Source: Octopus vulgaris | Lineage: Eukaryota | NCBI GenBank assembly: GCA_951406725.2 | Contig: OX597815.1 | Location: forward strand, 23,994,001-24,058,000 | Length of the DNA: 64,000 bases | Direction of reading: 5' to 3' | Shown here: positions 12,086 to 25,756 of the stretch, in pieces | Numbering within the stretch: position 1 is the first letter of the stretch | Layout of the letters: every line of letters starts with the position of its first letter | Translations under genes and position numbers: made by a program | The notes under the pieces: model-generated | Database searches by the model: none | Seen by the model: the letters and a program-made list of their open reading frames with translations, nothing else | What the model was told of the DNA's origin: nothing

Positions 12086-12253
12086 AAACGCAACGGTGAT
12101 CTGGATCCTGTTCTATCAATATAAACGCAATGGTGATCTGGATCCTGTTCTATCAATATAAACGCAATGGTGATCTGGATCCTGTTCTATCAATATAAAC
12201 GCAATGGTGATCTGGATCCTCTCCAATCAATATAAACGCAATGGGATCTGGAT
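12086..12253. repeat. 37-bp minisatellite, ~4.5 copies
   Basis: aaacgcaatggtgatctggatcctgttctatcaatat at 12086, 12123, 12160, 12197 and 12234. Confidence 0.95.
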
Positions 12254-12439
12254 ATTTTAAAAATGAGAATCATTTATTAACATTTTTGCTGTACACTAAC
12301 GAGAAGCTTGCTCGGAATAATTACTGCCACTCGTACAACAAAATTCAAATGACTCAGCCCACCACATTAGCAATTCAGTTGGCCCTGAATATCTAATAGG
12401 AAATGTTAATTATTGTGCGTATTGCGTAAATCTATTTTA

Positions 12440-12775
12440 ATAATGGTTTCAAAGTTTGGTACAAGATCAATAATTTCAGGGTAGGAACAGAGTTGATTAC
12501 TTTGAGTTCAGTGCTAAACTGGTACTTATTTTATCGACCCTGAAATGATAAGAAGTAAAGACAACATCAACGGGATTTGAGTTCAGAATGTAAAGACGGA
12601 CGAAATGCCGTAAGCATTTTGCCCGACCTGTTAACGATTCTGCCACCTCGCCGTCTTAATCTGTTTTAATATTAGAAGATAAAGATAAGGCAACGAGCTG
12701 GCGGAATCACACCGGGCATTTCGCCCGTCTTTACGTTCTGAGTTCAAATTCCGCCGAGGTCGTCTTTACTTCTTA
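12440..12775. mobile_element. Two divergent degenerate SINE family A copies (minus ~12440-12660, plus ~12688-12775)
   Basis: Family A motifs in opposite orientations. Confidence 0.7.
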
Positions 12776-12956
12776 TCCATTTAAACTAAGTACACACACA
12801 CACGCACGCACGTGCACACACACACACACACATACGTGTGAGTGTGTGTTTATGTATGGTTGCATTGAATGCATGTATGTATACGAACGTGTATTTGCGT
12901 GCATATGTTCCCTTGTATTTTCGTGTATCTAAAATATATATGAGCTGGTCTATATA

Positions 12957-13190
12957 TATTTCTTTATTGCCCACAAGGGGCTAAACATAGAGGGGACAAA
13001 CAAGGACAGACAAAGGGATTAAGTCGATTACAACGACCCCCAGTGCGAAACTGGTACTTTATTTATCGACCCCGAAAGGATGAAAGGCAAAGTCGACCTC
13101 GGCGGAATTTGAACTCAGAACGTAGCGGCAGACGAAATACCGCTAAGCATTTCGCCCGGCATGCTAACGTTTCTGCCAGCTCGCCGCCTT
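12957..13190 (-). mobile_element. Full-length SINE family A
   Basis: Complete head to tail; agctggtctatata is repeated on both flanks. Confidence 0.9.
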
Positions 13191-13587
13191 ATCTATATAG
13201 CTGGTCTATATAATTGTGCGTTTATTTTCGATATATTGAGCATTTTTGCATTCGTCATTCTGTACGCCACCATCTACTTGTTTATATCTGGGGTTTTGTT
13301 TATATGAACTGCGTTTATATTTAGTCTATCAGTACATATTTGCATGGGGCTTGTGTTTACAGTATTTGTGAAAGTATTTTACAGACCCGACCAGTCCATT
13401 ATACTGAAATTCAGGGGAATCGCTCTGATCGTTTAACACTTAACTTAAATCTGATAATTGTCTCTCTCTCTCCACCACAAGAACAATTTCATTTCGTCTC
13501 TTCCTTATTTAACTTTTAAGATTTTATCTCAGTGCATGTCCTCGTACATAGGTATATGCATAAAAAATGCACACATACATACATATA

Positions 13588-14130
13588 TAAGAAGTTTGCT
13601 TCCCAACTACATGGTTTCAGGTTCAGTCCCACTGCGTGGCACCTTGGGCAAGTGTTTTCTATTATATGTTTCTTTATTACCCACAAGGAGCTAAACATAG
13701 AGGAGACAAACAAGGACAGACAAACGGATTAAGTCGATTACATCGACCCCAGTGCGTAACTGGTACTTAATTTATCGACCCCGAAAGGATGAAAGGCAAA
13801 GTCAACCTCTCATCCTTTCGGGGTCGATAAATTAAGTACCAGTTACGCACTCTATAGTGAGTAACTGGTACTTTATAGCCTCTATAGTGCAAGACACTTT
13901 TTAAAGCCTAGTACTTATTCTATCAGTTGCTTTTACTGAACCGCTAGATTACAGGAACGTAAACACACCAACACCGGTTGTCTTTCAGTTTCCATCTACC
14001 AAATCCACTCATGAGACTGGTCGGCCCGAGGCTATAGTAGAAAACTCTTGCCCAAGTGGTCACGCAATGGGACTGAACCCGGAACCATATGGTTGGGAAG
14101 CTAGCTTCTTACCACACAGCACTCCTGCGC
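13588..14130. mobile_element. Rearranged composite of SINE family B halves and a partly inverted family A SINE
   Basis: B head on + at 13588-13665, A on - at 13668-13809, an inverted A segment at 13810-13851, and B on - at 13900-14130. Confidence 0.75.
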
Positions 14131-14133
14131 CTT

Positions 14134-14171
<38 letters not shown>

Positions 14172-14349
14172 ACTTTCAGAAGCAAAAGGCTGACAGTGAC
14201 TTCGAAGCCAACCATGGTGACATCTCGAAGTCACGACCAACCTTTCAACCTTTTCCTCGTAAATATTAACTAGATGCACTCTACTTAAAAGAAATTAGGC
14301 GATCTTCCCAATTTAATGGTACATTGTTTTCATATGTAACTAAGCAACA

Positions 14350-14541
14350 TCAAACATCGTTAGCTCCTACACACATTTTTTTCTTTCCTTGTTTTTTTTT
14401 TGTGTATCTTTCTGTCGAAGAGCGTCGGCTCGAAACGTAAAAGACTTGTTCTATTTCTATTCCTGAGCGCCATACTAATACATTTGTTTGTTTGTACTCC
14501 ACCTGCCTTCGTCTTTGGTTTATTTTCGTAAACCTTCCCCT

Positions 14542-14542
<1 letters not shown>
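14350..14542 (+). mobile_element. Penelope-like pLTR-type cassette with a hammerhead motif (14407-14444, core A6 mutated)
   Basis: UCUUU-CUGUCGA-A-GAGC(gucg)GCUC-GAAA-CGU-A-AAAGA; downstream ttcctgagcg..taatac is shared with the 27.5-kb cassettes; ends at (TA)n. Confidence 0.65.
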
Positions 14543-14587
<45 letters not shown>

Positions 14588-14803
14588 CTGTGAGTGTGTG
14601 TGTACACACACACACACACACACATGTATGTATGTATGTATGTATGTATGTATGTATGGATGGATGGATAGATGGATGGATGTATGCATGTATGTATGTA
14701 TGCATGCATGTATGTATGTATGTATGTATGTATGTATGTATGTATGTGTGTGTGTATGTATGTATGTATGTATGTATGTATGTATGTGTGTATGTATGTA
14801 TGT
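14543..14803. repeat. Compound (TA)n/(CA)n/(TATG)n microsatellite
   Basis: Direct reading. Confidence 0.95.
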
Positions 14804-14979
14804 GTCGGTTACAACGATGGGGGTACCAGTTGATCCGATCAACAGAACAGTCTGCTCGTGAAATTAACGTGGAAGTTACTGAGCACTCCACAGATGCGCG
14901 TACCCTTAACTTAGTTCTCAAAGAGATTCAACATGATACAGAATGTGAGAAGGCTGGCTCTTTGAAATACAGTTACAGC

Positions 14980-15730
14980 AAGGCGGTGAGCTAGCAGAAA
15001 CGCTAGCACGCTATTTCACCTGTCTTTATGTTCTGAGTTCAAATTCCGCCGAGGTCGACTTTGCCTATCATCCTTTCGGGGTCGATAAATTAAGTACCAG
15101 TTACGCACTGGTGTCGATGTAATCGACTTATTCCGTTTGTCTGTCCTTGTTTGTCCCCTCTGTGTTTAGCCCCTTGTGGGTAGTAAAGAAATAGGTATTT
15201 CGTCTGTCGTTACGTTCTGAGTTCAAATTCCGCCGAGGTCGACTTTGCCTTTCATCCTTTCGGGGTCGATAAATTAAGTACCAGTTACGCACTGGGGTCG
15301 ATGTAATCGACTTAATCCCTTTGTCTGTCCTTGTTTGTCCCCTCTGTGTTTAGCCCCTTTGTGGGTAGTAAAGAAATAGGTATTTCGTCTGTCGTTACGT
15401 TCTGAGTTCAAATTCCGCCGAGGTCGACTTTGCCTTTCATCCTTTCGGGGTCGATAAATTAAGTACCAGTTACGCACTGGGGTCGATGTAATCGACTTAA
15501 TCCCTTTGTCTGTCCTTGTTTGTCCCCTCTGTGTTTAGCCCCTTTGTGGGTAGTAAAGAAATAGGTATTTCGTCTGTCGTTACGTTCTGAGTTCAAATTC
15601 CGCCGAGGTCGACTTTGCCTTTCATCCTTTCGGGGTCGATAAATTAAGTACCAGTTGCGTACTGAGTTCGATCTAATCGACTGGTCCCCTTCCCAAAAAC
15701 TTTGGGCCTTGTGCTTAGAGCAGGAAAGAA
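14980..15730 (+). mobile_element. SINE family A with one head and ~4 tandem ~186-bp body repeats
   Basis: ggtatttcgtctgtcgttacgttctgagttcaaattccgccgaggtcgac... recurs at ~15193, 15379 and 15564. Confidence 0.92.
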
Positions 15731-15876
15731 ATACAGATACAACTCAAGTTTGCCGGTTTAATGAACTGGAGCTAAGTAAAACAGTGTTTCAAGGAAACAA
15801 CGTGCTGTCGGGAATCGAACTCGCGACCTTAAGATCGTGAGGCGAAATCCCTAAATACTGAACCATGAGCCTTCAC

Positions 15877-15877
<1 letters not shown>

Positions 15878-15910
<33 letters not shown>

Positions 15911-15976
15911 TGTATGTATGTATGTATGTATGTATGTATGTATGTGTGTATTTATGTATGTATGTATGTACGTATG

Positions 15977-16010
<34 letters not shown>

Positions 16011-16198
16011 TGTATGTATGTATGTGTGTGTGTGTGTGTGATTGTATGTATGTATGTATGTATGTGTGTATGTGTGTATGTTTGTATGTATGTATGTATG
16101 TATGAATGTATGAATGAATGTGTGTATGTGTGTATGTGTGTATGTATGTATGTATGTATGTATGTATGTATGTATGTATGTATGTATGTGTGTGTGTA
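15878..16198. repeat. (TATG)n microsatellite
   Basis: Direct reading. Confidence 0.97.
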
Positions 16199-16472
16199 TT
16201 AGATATAATGTACAGGTATCAGCCCTCACTCCCTACTCTCATCCACCCCGATCACTGTTTCTCCATCTCACGTTACTTTTGATTAGTCTAAATCCCCTTG
16301 CCTCTCATTAACCGACTCTTCTTACCCAGAATATCCTCCTCAGAATATTACCCTTCTGGAATCTTCTCCCGATCATGTCTTTACTGCAGGTGTTGACGTG
16401 TAAGACTTTAAATGGAACACTAAAGGTCATAAATTTTACCAGTCTTTTGCCCTTCTTCGAGACTTAGCAAGG

Positions 16473-16556
<84 letters not shown>

Positions 16557-16605
16557 CACACACACATACGAAAAATGGTGAAGAACTTTTAAATTTATAT
16601 TATAT

Positions 16606-16838
16606 ATTTCTTTACTACCCACAAGGGGCTAAACAGAGAGGAGACAAACAAGGATAGACAAACAGAGTGAGTCGATTACATCGACCTCAGTGTGTAACTG
16701 TTACTTAATTTATCGACCCCGAAAGGATGAAAGGCAAAGTCGACCTCGGCGGAATTTGAACACAGAACATAAAGACAGACGAAATACAGCTACGCATTTC
16801 GCCCGGCGTGCTAACGTTTCTGCCAGCTCGCTGCCTTT
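16606..16838 (-). mobile_element. Full-length SINE family A with TSD
   Basis: ttaaatttatattatat flanks both sides. Confidence 0.88.
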
Positions 16839-16944
16839 TAAATTTATATTATATGTGAGTGCGGCAGTGTGTGTATGTGTGTGTGTGTATGTGTGTGTGT
16901 GTGTGTGTGGTTGTGTGTGTGTGGTTGTGTGTGGGTGTATACTC

Positions 16945-17138
16945 TTTACTCTTTTTACTCTTTTACTTGTTTCAGTCATTTGACTGCGGCCATGCTGGAG
17001 CACCCGGGACTTATTCTTTGTAAGCCCAGTACTTATTCTATCGGTCTCTTTTGCCGAACCGCTAAGTGACGGGGACGTAAACACAACAGCATCGGTTGTC
17101 AAGCAATGCTAGGGGGACAAACACACAAACACATACAC

Positions 17139-17215
<77 letters not shown>

Positions 17216-17380
17216 TACGACGGGCTTCTTTCAGTTTCCATCTACCAAATCCACTCACAAGGCATTGGTCGGCCCGAGGCTATAGCAGAAGACACTTGCC
17301 CAAGATGCCACGCAGTGGAACTGAACCCGGAACCATGTGGTTGGTTAGCAAGCTACTTGCCACACAGCCACTCCTGCGCC
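16945..17380 (-). mobile_element. tRNA-derived SINE family B (CORE-like ccttgggcaagtgtctt domain, internal microsatellite)
   Basis: Reverse complement of the 25757-26158 copy; internal (TA)n. Confidence 0.9.
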
Positions 17381-18389
17381 TGTATACGTTTATGCATATA
17401 TACACACATATATACATGTGCGCACACGTGCGCGTGTCTTATGTATGACAAAACCTCAAAAGAAAAGGCAAGTTTTATCCTTTTCATACAGTATTTAGGT
17501 GAGACAGGACCACGTAGCGCCTAAGCTATGAATGTGATATGATTCTATTCCAGTGTTTAATTAAGTTACATCTCTATTATCTAAATATATGTCATTGCAC
17601 TAAATATTTGAGAGAAGTCACTGTTCCTCACATTGTTTCTAGCGTTATTAGAGCCATTACTGTTGACAGTTCATTTTGTTGCTATCGTCTTGTTATTCTG
17701 ACTAATGTTCTTGTTGTGATCTTTGATACGGCTCGTTTCCTACCGCCATTTTCTTTAACTTCTTTGCTTCGTACGATTTTGTGGTAAGGATATACGTAGT
17801 TAAATCAGCGTTAATAAATTAAATGTGTAATGTGCATTAAAAAAAAGCTAACTAGAATAATTATGCAGCAAGGTAAGGACAATTAGTCGATATAATTTTA
17901 ATTACTTTGAAATGTTATCTGCATGAAAAGAAAACAAAAAATCAAAACCATTTTCAACATCACAGAAACATAATAATTGAACTTAAGAAGAAAATAATAT
18001 CAAACTTCCACTAAATATGAATACGTAACAAGAACAGCAATAAATAGCACATTAATATGAACAACACGTAGCTCCAAGTTGCTACAAATACAAGCGCTAA
18101 CATGATATCTTAAAGATGGAGAGATAGTTTAATTTTCAAGTGTATCCTTCTTTATTTAAGACGAAGGTTGAAATGTATCTGCATGTATGAGTGCATGCCT
18201 TTCAGGCTTGAGGTCTGTGAATGCCGTGCGCCCGATTGTCACCTGCTTAAACGAAATCTGTGCCTTGATATAAATAAAAACGTTCTCTGGTATTGCTGAA
18301 GCTTGCTGAGTTGTCGAAAAAAACTCGAGAGAAACGTCTCTGTTCTCGTGAGTGACTTCAGTGACGATATACGTCTCCGAACAAACGAA

Positions 18390-18588
18390 CAAACTGCCGG
18401 CATCCTTCAAAACTTCCATGCTTCCTGAGATTCGCCAACACGACACCTGATTTTCTCCCCTCCATACACACGCAAGCATGTATCTGACTCATACACTGTT
18501 CGCTTTCCAGACATTTCTACATTACTGCATATGCTTTATACGTACTTTTGACAAGTTGTGGTGCACCCGAGCACTGTATACAATAATT

Positions 18589-18662
<74 letters not shown>
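18390..18662 (+). mobile_element. 3' end of a CR1-group LINE with (TTA)n tail
   Basis: Near-identical to 48940-49170, with a short internal deletion. Confidence 0.85.
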
Positions 18663-18666
<4 letters not shown>

Positions 18667-18770
18667 TGTGCTTTTAAGACAACTCTATGAAGAAATTTTA
18701 TCTCAGATAATTCCACAGCAGCATATCATCTAACGGTGTATATACATATAAAATGAAACATACATAGCGA

Positions 18771-19030
<260 letters not shown>

Positions 19031-19529
19031 GTCTATGTGTATACGTGTCTATGTAATTGTGTGTGCGTGCGTGCGTGTAGTTGCAGTGTGGTCTCAGATC
19101 AGCCCTGGTCAAGAAGCCGCAGGACCAAAAGCAATCTAGCTTTGAGATTCACATTCACATTTCTTAAAACCACAGACGATGTTATTATTTAATTGGTTTT
19201 ACAACGTGAGACTTGGGAAGATTTTGCTGCTATTATTAGCAGCGCGAGCGACCGCATAGAGAGCTGAACTCGTTGACCCGACGAAACATATTGAGATAAT
19301 AGGAAGATTAACACACAGATTATTAGCAAGCTTGAAGGGAACCACTAGGCAGTCATCTGATCGACTAAAAATAACAGCCGAATTTCCTCACATCTGACCT
19401 TTCCAAATGGGGGTGGGGGCGGGGAAAAAAACAAAAGAAAAGGAATAACATTGGACAAGGTTGTCCGAGATATACCGAGGACGGGATGGTCGAGGTTAGA
19501 ACGCCTTTGATCATTGACCTGGTATGAAA

Positions 19530-19628
19530 CAACATCGTCGTCGTATTCATCCTCCTCATCATGATCAACATGATCATCACCATCATCATCACCACCACCA
19601 TCACCACCACCACCACAACCACCACTAC

Positions 19629-19678
<50 letters not shown>

Positions 19679-19895
19679 CCACCACCATCATCATCATCCT
19701 TCTCCTTTCCCTCCTCCTCATCATCGTCATCATCCTCAACAACAATAAATAGGCTTCCCTTGTGAAACTGTAGTCACAGTCAGAAAAACAAACCACCACA
19801 TCCGCAACAAATAACGAGAGCACCACCATCTCCACCATCGCCACCACGCCACCATCGCCACCGTCGCCACCATCGCCACCACCGCCGCCGCCTCC
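19530..19895. repeat. (CAT)n/(CAC)n low-complexity tract
   Basis: Direct reading. Confidence 0.9.
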
Positions 19896-20453
19896 AACTC
19901 TTGAAGTTTGGTCAGCGAACAATCTGTTTTTTATAAAGAACGAATTTTAGCGGAAAGGTTCTTTGTACTAGAAGGGAAGCTAGCACGATTTTTATTGCGA
20001 CCCAAAAAACGCTATGAGTCATTTGACAAAAAGAGTGTAAATGTTATTTCTGTTAAACTGGTGGCAGAAACAGTGGGGAAATAGGGCTGTAACATATATA
20101 TAAGGGGTTTTGTTTATTACACACGCTCGCATGCGCGCACGTACTCACACGCACACAGACACATAACATACGAATTCATTACACGAACGCATCGTGCACA
20201 TATGGTTGTCGATAAAGAACAAAAGAGATTACTCAATTCCTAGATTAGACAATAATAACATTTATCAAAGCCATGCCTTCTGCTGTTGTGTTAAAGTTTA
20301 TGCATATTCGATGGATCTCCTTAAATTTCTTCCAACCACTTGAAGTTTTTCTAATTTTTCACCAGATTATTTTCAAAAAATGTATTTCTTATGTAGTTTT
20401 GCATGCCGATAACGGAAATCATATTCGTTTTTGTCTTCTAGAAGTTAATAATA

Positions 20454-20525
<72 letters not shown>

Positions 20526-20527
<2 letters not shown>

Positions 20528-20910
20528 CATGAAGAAAAAAATGCTTTCTAATTGATGTATCAATACCAGCAGATGACAACGTGTCTCTAAAAGAAATGGA
20601 GAAACTCTCAAGATATAAAAACCTGGAAATAGAAGTAACTAGAATGTGGAATCTGAAAACAGAAACAATTCCTATCATAGTAGGTGCATTAGGCATGATA
20701 AAAAAATATTCCGACAAATACACAACAAAAACACCAGGACTTACAAACACATATAACAGAAAATTGCACTACTAGGCACTGCACACATCCTACTCAGAAC
20801 ACTTTCCATACAATAACCATCAGAGCATCACAACAAATCACAGCACATACCCAAGGCACACAGAGCTGCGCTCGGTAGTGAAGTGAAAACACGCTAAAAA
20901 AATAAAACTA

Positions 20911-20913
<3 letters not shown>
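20526..20913 (+). mobile_element. 3' end of an R4/Dong-type non-LTR retrotransposon (restriction-like endonuclease) inserted in (TAA)n
   Basis: CFLIDVSIPADDNVSLKEMEKLSRYKNLEIEVTRMWNLKTETIPIIVGALG; ends aaaactactg(aat)n; (TAA)n on both sides. Confidence 0.88.
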
Positions 20914-20984
<71 letters not shown>

Positions 20985-20999
20985 TAATAATAATAATAA

Positions 21000-21724
21000 T
21001 AAATGCCCTGATGCAGTACCAGGCAGTGACTCCCGTGGCTTCTGATCTTAACTGATTGGAAGTGTTATCATGTACATTGTTTTGTCTTGGTATAAAAAGA
21101 TGAACTACAGCAAATATTCTGCTCAATACCATAGATTTGCTTATCAGTTGTTTGACCATAACCAGTTGATCATGTCCCCTAGTGGCTGACAATATGTGCA
21201 TCTCTGATCACAAGCAGAAGTAGTGGGGGAGCATCATAGCCGTGTGTTAAAAGGAATCTTTGGAGGTTTGGATAATTCACCTTCGTGAATACACACAGAT
21301 AGAGAAATTAAGGTCAACAGACTAGATATAGTTGTCAGAGATCATGAAGAAAAAAAAAATGCTTTCTAATTGATGTATCAATACCGGCAGATGACAACGT
21401 GTCTCTAAAAGAAATGGAGAAACTTTCAAAATACAAAGACCTGGAAATAGAGGTAACCAGAATGTGGAATCTAAAAACAGAAACAATTCCTATCATAGTA
21501 GGTGCATTAGGCATGATAAAAAAATATTCAGACAAATACATAACAAAAACACCAGGACTTACAAACACATATAACATACAGAAAATTGCACTACTAGGCA
21601 CTGCACACATCCTACTCAGAACACTTTCCATACAATAACCATCAGAGCATCACAACAAATCACAGAACATACCCAAGGCACACAGAGCTGCGCTCGGTAG
21701 TGAAATGAAATAAAAATAAAACTA

Positions 21725-21727
<3 letters not shown>
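21000..21727 (+). mobile_element. Internally deleted or chimeric R4/Dong-type element: ~285-bp 5' module fused to the endonuclease 3' end
   Basis: 21000-21285 matches the reverse complement of 49763-49465; from ~21290 it reads TDREIKVNRLDIVV...KYKDLEIEV...IIVGALG; (TAA)n flanks. Confidence 0.8.
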
Positions 21728-21804
<77 letters not shown>

Positions 21805-21870
21805 TAAGTTACAAGTATTTTAAATGATGCAATTTTAGGTAGTCAAAACCTCGATTGACAGACACACCAG

Positions 21871-23510
21871 TGTAGGGCAGGGTTCGTGACAGACGAACTG
21901 TAAACAGAAACTTCGCTGCGGGCTAGCTAGGAAGTTGGTCAGCAGTAAAAGAAAAGGGACTTCCGGTAGAAGAAGAAAAACGAAAGAATGTCAACAGTGG
22001 GTATGAAACGAACCTGAGTGAACTAAACAGAAATTACTGACGACTTAAGCCCTGATGTACGTAAAGTTATAAACCTTTGATAAATGTATTCTCATCTCCA
22101 GTAGTTTATTTGTGTATAGCGTAAGAAAGCTGTAACTGGTGACCCCGACGATAGAACAATAGCTCTCGCTTTCGAAACAAACATGGCTGGCAACAAACAA
22201 CACTGAGGCTACCACAGTTCTGGTCTAAGAGGACTGAACTGTGGTTCGCTTAGGCGGAAGCTCAATTTGATATAAACAAGGTAACGGCCGCCCAAACGAA
22301 GTACTTGCAAGTTGTGGCAGCACTAGACGAAGACACGGCAACGAGGGTGCTGGACATTTTAACCCATTCCCCACTAACGAAAAATACGCCATATTGAAAG
22401 ATAAGCTACTGGATTCATTCCGACGCAGTGAAAGAGAAGCAGCAGCTAAGATACTGGAGAAGAAATTAGGCGATTCCAAGCCATCGGAACTGATGGACAG
22501 GATGTTGGCATTAGTACCCATTAGTACCCCCGGTGAGTCACCTTCCTTTTTGTTTAAGGAAATATTCCTTCGCAAGCTGCCACCCCAGGTCTAGGCCCTC
22601 ATAACTCAGACCGAAATCAAGGACCTGCGGCAATTAGCCAAGGCAGCTGACAAACAATTTTTATCCAGTGGTGTCATGTTCAACGCCCTAGATTCGGCCC
22701 CGAGACGGAGTAGGATTAAGCATGATAACCTGTGCTTCTACCATGCAAAGTTCGGAAAAAAGGCGATAAAGTGCAAACAAACATGTAACTTCGGGACCCC
22801 TTCACCAGTGACCCAGGGAAACCCCAGAGCCGGCCGCCATTGAACGCCCTGGTGGCCGGTAAACATGACCAAATTCTCTTCTATGTCCGCGATCGCAGCC
22901 CCGGACGCAGGTTCCTAATCGACACAGGAGCAGAAGTCAGCGTGATCCCGGCGTCGGCAAGGGACCTCCGTCACGGAAAGCGAAGCCAACCTTTAACAGT
23001 CGCCAATCGAAGCATACGGTCGTCCCACCCTTTCTCTCAACATCGGCTCACAAAAATACACATGGGCATTCACCATCGCCGATGTCCATCAGCCCATAAT
23101 CGGTGCAGACTTTCTTCGAGCACATTTGCTCCTGGTGGATTTGCGGGGAAGACGACTCCTCGACAACAACACATTCGCTTCTGTGCCTCTTGCAACATCT
23201 GCATATGCCGTCCCCCGCATAGCAACCATCTCGCAGACCAAGAACAAATTCTAGGATCTTCTTGTAAGTTGCCCCACTCCGACATTTTCCAAACCTACAG
23301 CCCGCCACGGGGTTACACACCACATCTCCACCCCCACCCCCAGTGCACAGCCGCGCACGTCGTCTATCACCAGACAAACTTGCAATCGCAAAGGCCTAGA
23401 TGGACAATATGGAGGCATTGGCATAGTTCGCCGATCAAGCAGTCCCTGGTCATCACCCTTGCATTAGATCTCCAAATCCTACGGAGGTTATCGACCCTGC
23501 GGAAACATCA
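21871..23510 (+). mobile_element. Degenerate Ty3/Gypsy LTR retrotransposon (5' LTR, PBS, gag, protease, start of RT); no 3' LTR seen
   Basis: LTR-like segment from TG at 21871 to ~22136; gag FWSKRTELWFA*AEAQF; protease FLIDTGAEVSVIP; RT start GIVRRSSSPWSSPLH; stops and frameshifts throughout. Confidence 0.88.
22137..22150 (+). promoter_or_regulatory. Primer-binding site complementary to the tRNA-Trp 3' end
   Basis: tggtgaccccgacg immediately after the LTR and before gag. Confidence 0.85.
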
Positions 23511-24116
23511 ATTAAAATTCGAAGGAAAGAGTTAGTGCAGTGATGTTGAAATTAAAAGAATGGTGGGGAAAATGGTTAGGAAATCTAAAGCTATATGTAA
23601 CACAAGTGAATTTGAGAGCATAAATGAGATATAAGTATAGAACAAAAAAGAAGGGAAAAGAAACAGAAACAGATTGTAAGAGTGATGGAAGGGCTATAGT
23701 TAGTTATAAAGAATCTAATGTCTATGAACATTCGTCTAACTTCTCATTATAGCCTCTTTCACCGTCTTCATTGCTATTCTTATATGTTCTTAACGCACAC
23801 GCATACATCCATGCTTATACACACACACTTTGTTCCCATGACGGTCTGTCTATTATTCTGTATACATGACGCACACACAGACACACATGTTAACATATCA
23901 ATGAATCTTCTCTTGAACCTTCTACTCAGTTGTCTCTCTTTCTTTCCCCACTGGCATGTATGTATTATTATATATATAGATACCAGCCTTCTGAACAGAG
24001 TCGTTATTAGGTAGTTTCACCACGTGAGGCCACCACCATCTACAGCATCTAGACATCAAAATCTGAGTGAGTGCCGGTTGACCTGTTGGTGGCCATAATA
24101 CAGTATAAGTACCCAC

Positions 24117-24517
24117 AAGCGGTGAGCTGGCCGAAACATTAGCACGCCGGGCGAAATGCTTAGCGATATTTCGTCTGTCTTTACGTTCTGAATTCAAATT
24201 CCGCCGCGGTCGACTTTGCCTTTCATCCTTTCGGGGTTGATTAAATAAGTACCAGTTACGCACTGGGGTCGATACAATCGACTTAATCCGTTTCTCTGTC
24301 CTTGTTTGTCCACTCTGTGTTTAGCCCCTTGTGGATAGTAAAGAAACAGGTTTTTCGTCTGTCTTTACGTTCTGAGTTCAAATTCCGCCGAGGTCGATTT
24401 TGCTTTTCATCTTTTCGGGATCGATAAATTAAGTGCCATTTGCGTACTGGGGTCGATATAATCGACTGACGCCCTTCCCCACAAAATTTCGGCCCTTGTG
24501 CCTAGAGTAGAAAAGAA
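24117..24517 (+). mobile_element. SINE family A dimer
   Basis: One head plus two body units. Confidence 0.88.
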
Positions 24518-24600
24518 TACAGTATGAGTATCCAAGTGTGTAGACAATACAAATCAGGAGCCGCGGTAGAAATGCAAACAATAAAGAAGAATAAAAATAA

Positions 24601-24997
24601 TCTTTATATATAAAAGTGAAGTTGTGTGTCTGTCTCCTACGATTTAGATTCCTAACTACTCCCACATTTTGTGGTGCAGTGTAACCAAAAGTGGGTATCT
24701 TATAGTCGTGATTCATATCGAGCCCTTCTGGGTATTAGCGCGCGTCTACGATGAGTCTACGATTAAAAAAAAAAAATTACCATCATTTTTTCCCATTTTT
24801 AATGCATTTTTTTTGCTATTATATAAGGGAAGTAACTCTCTAAAAATGTATTATTAAATCTCAGAACGTAAAAAGCTACAGTAACACCCCACTTTGTGGT
24901 TAGCCATATTGAGATGGCTATTATACTTTACATCTCTAAAAATGCTTATATAGTTATTTCCCTTACAAACCCGAGCAACGCCGGGCGATAGTGCTAG
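24601..24997 (+). mobile_element. Non-autonomous Helitron
   Basis: A|TC 5' end (tctttatatataaaagtg), subterminal hairpin cccgagcaacgccggg, CTAG|T 3' end, no TSD. Confidence 0.85.
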
Positions 24998-25074
24998 TAT
25001 AAGATAAAATAAGAAAAGTATAAGGAGAAATTATGAAAATGAATAATTATATAACTATAAATAAGATATTAATT

Positions 25075-25245
25075 TCAAATTTTGGTGCAAGGCCAACAAT
25101 TTCAATGAAGGGAGTAAGTTGATTACATCGACTATTAGTACTTAATTTATTGACTCGGCAGAATTTGAACACAGACGTGAAGACGGACGAAATGACGCTA
25201 GGCATTTTGCCCGGCATACTAACGACTCTTCCCGCTCGCCGCCTT
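25075..25245 (-). mobile_element. Degenerate SINE family A
   Basis: Family motifs with an internal deletion. Confidence 0.7.
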
Positions 25246-25756
25246 GGCTATAAATAGAATATGAACGACCTTAAGGTATCGTTGAGAAGAGAGGTATGCT
25301 GTAGTTCTTGTCAGTTTATGCAATGTGAAACAGAAGGAAAAGAATAGATATATACATAGATAAATCCAGAACGAGGATGTCAGTTCGAAATACTGGTTAA
25401 TAGTTATCTGAGGTAATTGGAGCGTGTCGATCTGCGGATAAAAAGTAAACCATTAGCCAGGTCAGGTTCGAATGAACTCATAATCCGCTCCCGTTTGAGA
25501 TGATACTGTGTAGTTATGTGGATGTTAATATTTACGCAATCTTATCTAAACGAACATTCAAGCTTTAGTACAGAGTTTTGGTGGTGTTTTACGTATTATG
25601 CGATACGCGTGATACAGCAGGTGGTTTTATACTTTACGTGTTATGTTTATCATAAAGTGTCATGTATTGTAATATTATATATCTCCTTGTAATTGCAGCC
25701 ATTCCCTCAGTCTGCTGATCCTTCGTGTCGTGTCATACAAGACGTCAAGTACACTC

